The notes under the pieces are model-generated. The model was not told the DNA's origin. It saw only the letters and a program-made list of their open reading frames with translations, and did not search any database. From assembly GCA_038890745.1 (NCBI GenBank), contig JAWAFD010000004.1:65633-129632 (forward strand): a stretch of DNA of 64,000 nt, in the 5' to 3' direction. Each line of letters opens with the position of its first letter. Position 1 is the first letter of the stretch. Source of the DNA: Candidatus Anstonellales archaeon. Its GTDB lineage: Archaea; Micrarchaeota; Micrarchaeia; Anstonellales; J096. The position numbers and the translations under genes were made by a program. Shown piece by piece: positions 1-9,621 of this stretch.

Positions 1-5
1 CGTCT

Positions 6-896
6 GTGAGCCTCTCTTTATTGGAAGAGCATGAAAAATTCAAGCTTGATTTTGAGAGGAGTATGGGGAAGATAAAGGAAAGGGAAAGAAAGGAGGCGGA
101 GAAAAAGATAAAGTTTGCGGACGTTGCAAACTTAGAGGATGTTAAGAATGCGCTGAGGGAGGCGGTTGAGATGCCTCTCCTCCACCCAGAGCTTTTGGAG
201 GAGTTTGAGGTTAAGCCGGTTTCTGGTATCCTCCTCTTCGGCCCTCCAGGAACGGGTAAAACATACATAGTAAAGGCTGCTGCGAATGAGTTCAATGTTC
301 CGATGCTGTTTTTAAGCGGCGCAGAGCTTATGGAAAGAGGTCCTTCTCAGGCTGTTGAGGTGATAAAGGAAACATTCAACAGGGCAAGGGAGAATGCGCC
401 AGCAGTAATATTCATAGATGAAATAGAAACGGTTGCGCCCGCAAGAGAGGTTGTTAGTCCTATAATGGGCCAGCTGCTGCAGGAGATGGATGGGATAAGA
501 AAAACAAAGAATGTTGTTGTGATCGGGGCGACAAACCTCCCGCAGATGCTTGACCCTGCCCTCCTAAGGCCTGGAAGGTTCGACAAAATAATATATGTAG
601 GACCTCCGAATAAAGAAGTAAGGGAGGAGATATTCAGAATACATTTGGGAAATTTTGCGAGAATGTTTGATTTGGAAAAGCTGGCCGAGGCTGCTAAGGA
701 TTACAGCGGTGCGGATATCGCAAGCGTCTGCCAAGAGGTTAAGATGGCACTTGCAAAGAAAAAGCTTGAGGGCAAAACACCAAGCATGACGAATGCTGAG
801 GTTATAAAAATAATTCAGAGCAGGATGCCTTCAATAAGTCGGGATATGCTTTATGTTTATAAGAAATTTATAGAGGAGTATGGGGAAAGGAGGTAA
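6..896 (+). CDS. AAA+ ATPase, CDC48/VCP-like (C-terminal part, probably truncated by the window start)
   Basis: Walker A GPPGTGKT, Walker B IFIDE, second region of homology ATNLPQMLDPALLRPGRFD; frame is open to the window edge. Confidence 0.85.
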   Translation: MSLSLLEEHEKFKLDFERSMGKIKERERKEAEKKIKFADVANLEDVKNALREAVEMPLLHPELLEEFEVKPVSGILLFGPPGTGKTYIVKAAANEFNVPMLFLSGAELMERGPSQAVEVIKETFNRARENAPAVIFIDEIETVAPAREVVSPIMGQLLQEMDGIRKTKNVVVIGATNLPQMLDPALLRPGRFDKIIYVGPPNKEVREEIFRIHLGNFARMFDLEKLAEAAKDYSGADIASVCQEVKMALAKKKLEGKTPSMTNAEVIKIIQSRMPSISRDMLYVYKKFIEEYGERR

Positions 897-900
897 TGCT

Positions 901-2238
901 ATGAAGATATATCTAGTAAAGAAAGCAAGGAATGATGCAAGATTCGTTTTTGGGGAGAAGAAGAAAAAACTTTCTGCGAGAGTAGAAGGAAAGAATATTG
1001 TTGTTGAGCTTGGAGAAAGAAAGGATTTCTGCGATGATGATCTGAGAAAGGCTGCTGCAAAGGCATACAGGTTTGCAAAAAGCCAAGAGATTTATGAATT
1101 GAATTTTATTCTACCAAGAGTTCTAAAACCAGAGCGGGAGGTTGAGCTGATTGCAGAGGCGCTTTACATTTCCGATTACGCCTTCTCCATGAAAACCGAA
1201 AAGGAGAAGGAAAAGGAGTTTTTTGCTTACATAGATGCTGATGTGCAGTACGCGAATGTTTTAAAGAGAACAGCAGTTTTGACAGAGGCGCAAAATTATG
1301 CGCGAAATTTGGCAAACCTTCCACCTTTGATTGCAACACCAGAATTTTTTGCAAACGAAGCGAAGAAATTGGCCAGCGAGCTTGGGCTGGATGTGAAAGT
1401 TTATGATAAAAAACAGATTGAGAAAATGGGGATGGGTGGTATTCTTGCAGTAAGCAAAGGGAGCACAAACCCCCCATTTCTTGTTGAGCTCTCCTACTCC
1501 CCGAAAGGTGCGAAAAAATACATCGCGCTTGTTGGAAAAGGATTAACTTTTGATTCAGGGGGACTGGATATAAAAAACGCGGAGCAGATGGAAGATATGA
1601 AATTGGATAAGACAGGGGCTTGCGTTGTTTTGGGTGTTTTGAGAGCGATCGCAAAACTAAAACTTCCTTTAAAGGTTTCTGCGTTTATTCCATTTGTAGA
1701 AAACATGCCGGGTGGGAATGCAACAAAGCCAGGGGATATAATAAAAATGTACAATGGAAAAACCGTTGAGATACTGAATACTGATGCTGAGGGAAGGCTC
1801 GTTCTTGCTGATGCACTTGCGTTTGCGGATGAAAGGAAGCCTGATGGTATTGTGAATGTTGCAACACTCACAGGAGCGATCTCTATAGCCCTTGGCTCTC
1901 ACGCAATAGGGATGTTTTCAACAAGCGATGAGCTCACATGCAAGTTTATGGAAGCAGGGGAGAAAACATATGAGAGGGTTTGGCTCATGCCTCTTTTTGC
2001 TGAATATGGAGAGATGATGAGGAGCGATTTTGCTGATTTGAAAAACATTTCAGGAAAAAAGGAGGCAGGTGCATGCACAGCAGCAGCGTTCCTAAAAGAA
2101 TTTGTCTCTGTTCCTTTTGTTCATCTTGACATTGCAGGGGTTTTCAACATAAAGGAAAACCACCCGTACTTCAACAAGGGGGCTCCGGGAATTGGGGTAA
2201 GGGTAATTACTGAGGCGATACAGAAATGGATGGTCTGA
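901..2238 (+). CDS. pepA: Leucyl aminopeptidase (M17 family)
   Basis: VGKGLTFDSGG, MKLDKTG and NTDAEGRL metal-binding motifs; start moved to ATG 901 after a GGAGG. Confidence 0.9.
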   Translation: MKIYLVKKARNDARFVFGEKKKKLSARVEGKNIVVELGERKDFCDDDLRKAAAKAYRFAKSQEIYELNFILPRVLKPEREVELIAEALYISDYAFSMKTEKEKEKEFFAYIDADVQYANVLKRTAVLTEAQNYARNLANLPPLIATPEFFANEAKKLASELGLDVKVYDKKQIEKMGMGGILAVSKGSTNPPFLVELSYSPKGAKKYIALVGKGLTFDSGGLDIKNAEQMEDMKLDKTGACVVLGVLRAIAKLKLPLKVSAFIPFVENMPGGNATKPGDIIKMYNGKTVEILNTDAEGRLVLADALAFADERKPDGIVNVATLTGAISIALGSHAIGMFSTSDELTCKFMEAGEKTYERVWLMPLFAEYGEMMRSDFADLKNISGKKEAGACTAAAFLKEFVSVPFVHLDIAGVFNIKENHPYFNKGAPGIGVRVITEAIQKWMV

Positions 2239-2717
2239 ACATAAGACTCATTGGAATTTCTCTCATGGTGTTTGCGATTTTAATAGTGCTCATTGTTATT
2301 TCGTTGACACAGCAATTTTCAAAAGCCATGGATATAGAGTGCGCAGCTGTCTGCGGGCCGCATGAAGAAACATGCCCACACGCAAAGGGTATTCCGTTGG
2401 AAAGCTATGTAGGTTTTACTATTTCGTTGATTCTATTTTTGGTCGGCCTATATCTTATTTCTGTACACAAAACAAAACTGGTGGAAGCCACAGAAAAAGA
2501 GAAAAGAGTAAAAGGTATATTATCTACGCTAAAAGATGAAGAAAATAAGATATACGATTTGATAAAAGAATGCGGAGGGGCAGTGTTCCAGAGTGAAATC
2601 GTAGAAAAAACAGGATACACAAAGGTTAGGGTGACCAGAGCCCTTGACCGGCTTGAAAGCCGCGGGCTCGTTGAGAGAAGAAGGAGAGGAATGACAAATA
2701 TCGTTGTTCTCAAGTAG
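2226..2717 (+). CDS. Membrane-anchored winged-helix transcriptional regulator (COG2512-like)
   Basis: Two hydrophobic helices flanking CAAVCGPHEETCPH; C-terminal wHTH QSEIVEKTGYTKVRVTRALDRLESRGLVERRRRGMTN. Confidence 0.75.
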   Translation: MDGLNIRLIGISLMVFAILIVLIVISLTQQFSKAMDIECAAVCGPHEETCPHAKGIPLESYVGFTISLILFLVGLYLISVHKTKLVEATEKEKRVKGILSTLKDEENKIYDLIKECGGAVFQSEIVEKTGYTKVRVTRALDRLESRGLVERRRRGMTNIVVLK

Positions 2718-2722
2718 TTTGT

Positions 2723-2736
2723 TGAAACTAGTTTCA
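2723..2736. promoter_or_regulatory. Perfect 14-bp palindrome TGAAACTAGTTTCA, candidate operator
   Basis: Self-complementary; lies between the regulator gene and the copper genes; imperfect extension TAGTTT..AAACTA over 2715-2745. Confidence 0.5.
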
Positions 2737-2782
2737 CCAAAACTAATATTAGGTGTTTCATCCTTGTCTTTGTGGTGATAAA

Positions 2783-3403
2783 ATGAAAAATTGCTGCACA
2801 GTTGATAAAAAAGATAGTAAAAGGGAATTGCTGAGGGGGTTGGTATATGGTTTAATTCCGCATACAGGTTGCATGCTTTTTATTCTTGCTGCAGTTTTTG
2901 GTGCAACGGCAGCATCGGCATTTTTTCAGCCATTATTATCAGACCCAAATTTTTTCTACATCCTTATTGCTCTTTCTTTTGTTTTTGCGACTTTTTCAGC
3001 CCTACTCTATCTTAGGAAGTATAACCTTCTTTCTTTCTCTGGTTTGAGAAAGGAATGGAAGTATCTTTCTACTCTCTACGCGACAACAGTCTCAGTGAAT
3101 CTTCTATTTATTTTTTTTCTATTCCCATTCATAACAACAACCCTTTACCCAACTCAATCCTTAGCTACTCAGAGCAGTTCAATTTTACAGATCAAGCTCG
3201 CTGTTAACATTCCATGCTCAGGTCATGCGCCTTTAATAATAGAAGAACTAAAAAAACTTGATGGAATTAAGAGTGTTAGCTACGAACCGCCAAATCTATT
3301 CTTGATTTCATACGACCCAAATAGAATATCAAAGAAAGACATTCTTTCGGTGGAGGTTTTTAAAACGTACCCAACAAATGTCCTAGAGGTAGATGGTGAT
3401 TAG
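2783..3403 (+). CDS. Membrane protein with C-terminal HMA-like metal-binding domain
   Basis: N-terminal CC, PHTGC, three hydrophobic segments, IPCSGH ferredoxin-like tail; directly upstream of copA; GGTGA before ATG 2783. Confidence 0.65.
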   Translation: MKNCCTVDKKDSKRELLRGLVYGLIPHTGCMLFILAAVFGATAASAFFQPLLSDPNFFYILIALSFVFATFSALLYLRKYNLLSFSGLRKEWKYLSTLYATTVSVNLLFIFFLFPFITTTLYPTQSLATQSSSILQIKLAVNIPCSGHAPLIIEELKKLDGIKSVSYEPPNLFLISYDPNRISKKDILSVEVFKTYPTNVLEVDGD

Positions 3404-5638
3404 GTGAACAGACATGGAAAAATAACTAATGCTAAAATGAGAAAAGCAGTTTTCTCAGTATCCGGGATGCACTGCGCCTCATGCGCCCAGAATATAGAAT
3501 CCACCCTTAAAAAATTAAATGGCATTACCAGCGCCGTTGTTAATTTTGCGACAGAAAAAGCAACGGTGGAGTTTAACGAGGCAGTTACAAACGAATCAGA
3601 AATCCGTAATGCTGTTGAGCAGCTTGGATATCGAGTTGTTGGCGGGTTTGAAAAAGAGGTTGATAGAGAAAAGGAGGAGAGAGAGAAGGAAATGAACGAA
3701 TTGAAAAACTTATTTTTTATATCTGCATTACTTACCCTCCCAATTTTTCTCATATCCATGCCATTCGAATGGCTTGGGGTCTATGTTCCATACAAAAATA
3801 TTGTTCTTTTAATCCTGGCAACGCCCGTGCAGTTTTTTGTTGGCTATAGATTCTACAAAGGAGCGTTCATTGCGTTAAAAAACATGACCGCGAACATGGA
3901 CACGCTGATTGCAATTGGCACGTCCGCAGCTTATTTTTATAGCCTGCTTGTTGTGTTGTTTCCGGATTTTGGAGAGATAGTGTATTTTGAAACCTCAGCC
4001 ATTATAATAACATTTATCATTCTTGGGAAATGGCTTGAGGCGGTAGCCAAGGGCAGGGCATCTGAAGCAATAAAAAAGCTGATTGGACTGCAGCCAAAAA
4101 CAGCAACAATTATTAGAAGAGGAAAAGAGGTGACCCTCCCCATTGAAGAGGTTGAGGTGGGCGATGTTGTTTTGGTAAAACCAGGGCAGAAAATACCTGT
4201 TGATGGAATTGTTCTGGATGGTTTTTCTTCTGTTGATGAATCCATGATAACGGGCGAGAGTATTCCTGTAGAAAAGAGAAAAGGCGCCATAGTCATCGGT
4301 GGGACTATTAATAAGCATGGTTCATTTAGGTTTAAAGCGACGAGGGTTGGGAAGGACACAGTATTAAGTCAGATAATAAAATTGGTGGAGGAGGCGCAGG
4401 GAAGTAAGGCTCCAATACAGAGGCTGGCTGATAAGATAAGTGGTTATTTTGTCCCAGCAGTGGTATTCATCGCTTTTCTCTCATTTTTCTTTTGGTATTT
4501 TATTTTTGGGCAACCACTAATCTTTGCGCTGAATGTTTTCATAGCTGTTCTCATAATCGCATGCCCATGCGCTTTGGGGCTAGCAACCCCAACCGCAATC
4601 ATTGTCGGAACTGGGAAAGCCGCGGAGTTTGGGATATTGATAAAAAATGCGGAAGCGTTAGAAAGAGCATGTGATGTGGATACGATCGTTTTAGACAAAA
4701 CTGGAACGCTTACGAAAGGAAAGCCGGAGGTTACAGATATAATTGCACTTGATGGTCTGGGTGAGACGATGATTCTGAAATATGCTGGGATTGCCGAGAA
4801 AAAATCAGAGCATCCCCTCGCAGATGCAATACTGAGTAAAGCAAAAAATGAAAAAATAAAGATCCCGGAGCCGACATATTTTATAGCGGCACCGGGGCGC
4901 GGGATTATTGCAGAATACAAAAAAAAGAAAATCTTGTTTGGTAATAGACTTCTCATGGAAAAATACAAAATTGACCTGACCGCCTATCAACAGAAAATAG
5001 AAAAATTGGAAAATGATGGAAAAACAGTTATGATTCTGGCAGTGGATAGAAAAGCAGTTGGACTAATCGCTGTGGCAGATACCTTAAAAGAGTCCTCAAA
5101 GGATGCAGTTTTAGAATTGCATAAGATGGGAAAGCAAGTTATCATGATTACCGGGGATAACAAAAGAACCGCGAGCGCAAAAGCAAAAGAGCTGGGAATA
5201 GAGCATGTACTGGCTGAAATTTTACCACAAGATAAGGCGAAAGAAATCAAAAAATTACAGGAAAATGGAAAGATTGTGGCGATGGTTGGAGATGGTATAA
5301 ATGATGCTCCTGCGCTTGCGCAGGCAGATGTTGGGATAGCGATTGGTGCAGGCACAGATATCGCATTGGAAACCGGCCAGATAGTTTTGGTTAAGAATGA
5401 CCTTCGCGATGTTGTAAATGCAATAGATCTTAGCAACTACACCCTAAAAAAAATTAAACAAAATCTTTTCTGGGCTTTTTTCTATAATTCCTTCGGCATA
5501 CTAATTGCAGCTGGCGTTCTTTATCCTTTTACAGGCATGCTTCTTAATCCAGTAATCGCTGCGATGGCGATGGCTTTGAGTTCTGTTTCTGTTGTTTCAA
5601 ATTCATTGTTGATGAAGAGGTATAGAAAAAAACTTTAG
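3404..5638 (+). CDS. copA: Copper-translocating P1B-type ATPase
   Basis: [42 protein letters not shown] and MALSS motifs. Confidence 0.95.
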   Translation: MNRHGKITNAKMRKAVFSVSGMHCASCAQNIESTLKKLNGITSAVVNFATEKATVEFNEAVTNESEIRNAVEQLGYRVVGGFEKEVDREKEEREKEMNELKNLFFISALLTLPIFLISMPFEWLGVYVPYKNIVLLILATPVQFFVGYRFYKGAFIALKNMTANMDTLIAIGTSAAYFYSLLVVLFPDFGEIVYFETSAIIITFIILGKWLEAVAKGRASEAIKKLIGLQPKTATIIRRGKEVTLPIEEVEVGDVVLVKPGQKIPVDGIVLDGFSSVDESMITGESIPVEKRKGAIVIGGTINKHGSFRFKATRVGKDTVLSQIIKLVEEAQGSKAPIQRLADKISGYFVPAVVFIAFLSFFFWYFIFGQPLIFALNVFIAVLIIACPCALGLATPTAIIVGTGKAAEFGILIKNAEALERACDVDTIVLDKTGTLTKGKPEVTDIIALDGLGETMILKYAGIAEKKSEHPLADAILSKAKNEKIKIPEPTYFIAAPGRGIIAEYKKKKILFGNRLLMEKYKIDLTAYQQKIEKLENDGKTVMILAVDRKAVGLIAVADTLKESSKDAVLELHKMGKQVIMITGDNKRTASAKAKELGIEHVLAEILPQDKAKEIKKLQENGKIVAMVGDGINDAPALAQADVGIAIGAGTDIALETGQIVLVKNDLRDVVNAIDLSNYTLKKIKQNLFWAFFYNSFGILIAAGVLYPFTGMLLNPVIAAMAMALSSVSVVSNSLLMKRYRKKL

Positions 5639-5715
5639 GCCTAGGGCAGTAAGCAAAATTTAAAAACATATTCATTCTATTTTTCCCGTTCTTCGTATAA
5701 AAATGGGGTGAAAAC

Positions 5716-7791
5716 ATGATGGATTTTATACCTATTCTGGTTGCCGTTTTTGCGGTGCTTGTGGCGGTTGGGCTGTACATACAGATAGCAAAGCTTCCTG
5801 CTGGAAATAAAAGGATGCAGGAGATAGCGGGCGGAATAAGGGAGGGTGCGATGGCTTATCTGGGAAGGCAGAATAAAACAGTAGCATTGTTTTCATTCGT
5901 AATTTTCCTCATTTTCCTTGCGATAGGGTATTTTATAAACCCTCTTTGGTATGGGATTGCTGTTGCTTTTCTTGTGGGTGCTGTGAGCTCTGCCATGGCA
6001 GGGTATATCGGAATGGGTGTAACAACCCTTGCTAATGTAAGGACAGCAGAAGCAGCGAAAAAAGGCCTAAACCCTGCTCTTACGGTTTCTTTCAGAGCAG
6101 GACTGGTTATGGGGCTTGCTGTTGTTGGGCTTGCTCTTTTTGGGATAACCTCTCTTCTCTACATATTTACAAGTTATGTTCACTCCCTTGATGAGCTCAT
6201 GCTCATGATAGCAGGGATGGGGTTTGGTGCGTCCTTGATTGCCATGTTCGCAAGGGTTGGTGGTGGGATATACACAAAGGGAGCAGATGTTGGCGCGGAT
6301 TTGGTGGGAAAGGTTGAGAAAGGAATTCCCGAGGATGACCCAAGAAATCCAGCAGTAATAGCTGATAATGTAGGGGATAATGTTGGGGACTGCGCAGGGA
6401 TGGGTGCAGACCTTTTTGAATCCTATATAGTTACAATAATAGCAACTATGATTTTGGGGACATTGATATTCAAAAGCTGGGCAGGGGTGGTTTATCCTCT
6501 TCTTATAGCCTCTGCGGCGATAGTAGCGACCATTTTTGGTGCGATGTTTGTCAAAGTAAAGGAAAAGGAAGACCCGATGAATGGCCTTTACAAGGGGATA
6601 TATGCAACAGCCATTCTATCCGCGCTCGCATTCTTTTTCATAACCCCACTGGTCCTTCCATCAGGAGTAAATTCATTCAACATTTTCCTTACTGCTTTGA
6701 TTGGTTTGGTCGTTGCGATTGCGATAGTAAAAATTACTGATTATTTCACAGCATACAGGTTCCCTCCTGTTCAGTTTATAGCAAAATCCTCTGAAACAGG
6801 TGCAGGAACAACATTGATTTCTGGGCTTTCTGTCGGGATGGAAAGCGTTGCTCCATACGCAATCACGATCGTTTTGGCCATTCTTTTAAGCTACTGGCTT
6901 GGAGGAATATATGGAGTAACCATTGCGGCGATGAGCATGCTCTCCCTAAGCGGAATAATTCTTGCTGTTGATTCATTCGGACCTGTTTCTGATAATGCTG
7001 GCGGGATTGCAGAGATGTCAAACCTGCCATCAAGCGTAAGGAAAATAACTGACAGATTGGATGCTGTTGGGAACACAACAAAGGCGACAACAAAAGGGTT
7101 TGCAATTGCTTCTGCCGGCTTGGCTGCCCTTGCCCTCATCCTTGCATTTGCGCAAGAGGTTAATGTTGCTGCGTTAAAGCTTGGGGTTGAGGGGCTCCCA
7201 ACCGTTAACGGATTACCCATGATAAACATAATGCGTGCAGATGTTCTTTTGGGTGCATTCATAGGAGGGGTTCTGCCATTCCTTTTTTCTTCCTATGCAA
7301 TGAGAGGGGTTGGGGTTGCTGCTGATGCGATAGTGAGAGAGGTAAGGAGGCAGTTTAAGGATAAGAGAATAATGAAGGGAACAGTAAAGCCGGATTATGC
7401 TGCATGTGTTGACATCTCAACGAAAGCAGCCATAAGCCAGCTTTATAAATTGGGTGCGCTTGCGGTCATAACCCCATTGCTCGTTGGGTTTGTCCTTGGT
7501 CCGGCTGCTGTTGGTGGCTTCCTCGTTGGCTCGCTTATTGTTGGTCAGTTCTTGGCTGTTTTCATGTGCACAGGAGGGGCTGCTTGGGATAATGCAAAGA
7601 AATACATAGAAACAGGAAAGTTTGGAGGGAAGGGAAGCGATGCGCACAAGGCAGCTGTTGTTGGGGACACTGTTGGAGACCCGTTCAAAGATACAGCAGG
7701 TCCTTCGCTCAACCCGCTCATAAAAATACTGAATACAATAAGCATACTTTTCGTTTCTCTGTTTGTGATGTATGCGCTTTATTTAATATAA
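5716..7791 (+). CDS. hppA: Membrane-bound ion-translocating pyrophosphatase (K+-independent signature)
   Basis: GGGIYTKGADVGADLVGKVE, DNVGDNVGD, GNTTKA, GDTVGDPFKD. Confidence 0.95.
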   Translation: MMDFIPILVAVFAVLVAVGLYIQIAKLPAGNKRMQEIAGGIREGAMAYLGRQNKTVALFSFVIFLIFLAIGYFINPLWYGIAVAFLVGAVSSAMAGYIGMGVTTLANVRTAEAAKKGLNPALTVSFRAGLVMGLAVVGLALFGITSLLYIFTSYVHSLDELMLMIAGMGFGASLIAMFARVGGGIYTKGADVGADLVGKVEKGIPEDDPRNPAVIADNVGDNVGDCAGMGADLFESYIVTIIATMILGTLIFKSWAGVVYPLLIASAAIVATIFGAMFVKVKEKEDPMNGLYKGIYATAILSALAFFFITPLVLPSGVNSFNIFLTALIGLVVAIAIVKITDYFTAYRFPPVQFIAKSSETGAGTTLISGLSVGMESVAPYAITIVLAILLSYWLGGIYGVTIAAMSMLSLSGIILAVDSFGPVSDNAGGIAEMSNLPSSVRKITDRLDAVGNTTKATTKGFAIASAGLAALALILAFAQEVNVAALKLGVEGLPTVNGLPMINIMRADVLLGAFIGGVLPFLFSSYAMRGVGVAADAIVREVRRQFKDKRIMKGTVKPDYAACVDISTKAAISQLYKLGALAVITPLLVGFVLGPAAVGGFLVGSLIVGQFLAVFMCTGGAAWDNAKKYIETGKFGGKGSDAHKAAVVGDTVGDPFKDTAGPSLNPLIKILNTISILFVSLFVMYALYLI

Positions 7792-7800
7792 CTTAATTTT

Positions 7801-8817
7801 TTATTTTGCGATTAATTCATTCAATCTTCTCATTGCATTTAGTTTTTCCCTTTCCCCAAGCTCAGCTTTCTCAACAGCTTCCTTCAAAAACTCTATACTC
7901 TCATCATAGTTTGGCTTATCAACTGGGTATGGGATTCCATCCTTTCCCCCATGCGCGAAAGAGTATTTTATAGGGTCTTTCCAGTCCAATTCAACACCAT
8001 ATATCAGGTTTGATAGCAGAGCAAGTGCCCTTATCTTCTTCTCTCCCATCCCTTTGAAAAGCAAAAGCTCTTCATAATTTTTTGGGTCAAATTCCCTCAC
8101 CTTATTAAAAAATTCAATCTCTTTTTTGCTTAGATCCTCTCTTAAAATCTCATGCCTCATCGGCAGCCTCAAATACTCGCCCTCCTTAAGCGCATCCAAG
8201 CTTGCCTTTCTTGCTTCCCTTGCCTCTTTTCCAGTCATGTTCAACACATTTTTTTCATAAAAACCTATGATGCTTTCATTCCCTTCTAAAAAGTTATCGC
8301 TTGTATCCCAGTGATACCTCCTTGCCCATTCCCCTTTCATCCCCTGCTGGATAACAGCAAAATTCCCCTTTTCATCAAAAAAGAATGCATGATGGTAGAT
8401 GGCATAGCCATCCTGAATGCAGGAAGAATCAACCTTTGCGGTTAGCCTGCTTGCCCTTATCAATTCCGTGGATCTTGCATAACTCAACCCCATCCTTTCG
8501 CTTTTTTCTTCTATCTCTTGCGGAGTTTTCAGTCCTGTTTTTCCCTTTCCACCAGCGCCGGCAATCCCATCAAAATCCCTTAAGGCTATTTTTAGCGCAG
8601 CGGTTGTTGTGGTCGTGGTTCCGCTTGAGTGCCAATCAAAACCCAGAACACAAGAAAGGGATTGAAACCATAATGGCATGGAAAGTCTCCGTATCATCTC
8701 AGCTGTTCCATACTCTAAAACAATTACCTTACTTATCTCTCTTGCGAGCCCAACCATTCTTTCGAACAGCCATCTTGGGCATTGGCCAGGATGAAGCGGT
8801 AGGTCCATTGTTTTCAT
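7801..8817 (-). CDS. DUF763 family protein
   Basis: LPLHPG..PRWLF, GFDWHSSGTTT, FAHGGKDG motifs recognised. Confidence 0.85.
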   Translation of the reverse strand: MKTMDLPLHPGQCPRWLFERMVGLAREISKVIVLEYGTAEMIRRLSMPLWFQSLSCVLGFDWHSSGTTTTTTAALKIALRDFDGIAGAGGKGKTGLKTPQEIEEKSERMGLSYARSTELIRASRLTAKVDSSCIQDGYAIYHHAFFFDEKGNFAVIQQGMKGEWARRYHWDTSDNFLEGNESIIGFYEKNVLNMTGKEAREARKASLDALKEGEYLRLPMRHEILREDLSKKEIEFFNKVREFDPKNYEELLLFKGMGEKKIRALALLSNLIYGVELDWKDPIKYSFAHGGKDGIPYPVDKPNYDESIEFLKEAVEKAELGEREKLNAMRRLNELIAK

Positions 8818-8868
8818 AACTTTGTTTCTGTTTTTTAGCTTAAAAATTTACCTATACCTTCCTTCCAG

Positions 8869-9198
8869 CTATTTGCATGGAATTGGGAACCCTAGTTCTT
8901 GCATTACCCAAGGGCCGATCAAAGCAACCAGAATAGCGATAAGAGCACCGATAAGCATAGCCGTAGCCCACACATTCGCCCTGCTTCTTGTTTCTGCTCC
9001 AAGCACCTGCCCTGCTGCAAATATAACCGCTGCGAATATTATGAGGATTATTATGATTACGGGTAAGAGGCTCTCAAGATATATATAGAATCCGCAAAGT
9101 GCATTCATTATCTTCTGTGGAGCCTCGTTGGGTTCAGGTGGAGGCTTTGCTCCGAAAACGAGAAGAAGAAATAAAAAAAGAGAGAGGAGTTTTTTCAT
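8869..9198 (-). CDS. Small secreted/membrane protein, TrbC/VirB2 pilin-like (paralogue 2)
   Basis: Signal peptide plus two hydrophobic helices linked by AGQVLGAETRSRANVWA; near-identical core to the neighbouring gene. Confidence 0.55.
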   Translation of the reverse strand: MKKLLSLFLFLLLVFGAKPPPEPNEAPQKIMNALCGFYIYLESLLPVIIIILIIFAAVIFAAGQVLGAETRSRANVWATAMLIGALIAILVALIGPWVMQELGFPIPCK

Positions 9199-9215
9199 AC
9201 TATCAGCTTAAATGA

Positions 9216-9548
9216 TCATACTCCGCATGCATTTGAAATTTTGCCAGTTCCCCATATTACATCTAGAAACCAAGGCACGAGTATTGCAACCGCAAGTCCG
9301 ATCAAAGCACCCGTTAGCATTGCAGTAGCCCACACATTCGCCCTAGCCCTTGTCTCTGCACCCATTACCTGTCCAGCCGCGAATATTACTGCCGCAAATA
9401 TGATCAATACTGCTGCAAAGATTGGTAGAGTATCTCTCAGAAACTTATACAAATCACACAGTGCAGTTAGTATTGCTGCGGTCCCTTCTTGCTGCGCCAT
9501 TACTAAATTAACTGCCAAAAGCAGCAAAAGCAAAGCAATTTTTTTCAT
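9216..9548 (-). CDS. Small secreted/membrane protein, TrbC/VirB2 pilin-like (paralogue 1)
   Basis: Signal peptide plus two hydrophobic helices linked by AGQVMGAETRARANVWA; Cys before helix 1 and near the C-terminus. Confidence 0.55.
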   Translation of the reverse strand: MKKIALLLLLLAVNLVMAQQEGTAAILTALCDLYKFLRDTLPIFAAVLIIFAAVIFAAGQVMGAETRARANVWATAMLTGALIGLAVAILVPWFLDVIWGTGKISNACGV

Positions 9549-9621
9549 TCTTTTCTACCTCCTTTTTTGCTTATTCTTATTCACGGAAACATTTTTAAAT
9601 AATGCTACTTCATGCTTTTTT

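Noticed and set aside
9241..9621. N-terminal extension of the 619-aa ORF
   Set aside because: It is the antisense shadow of the pilin-like gene at 9216-9548; ATG 9622 with an upstream TATA-like element is the plausible start
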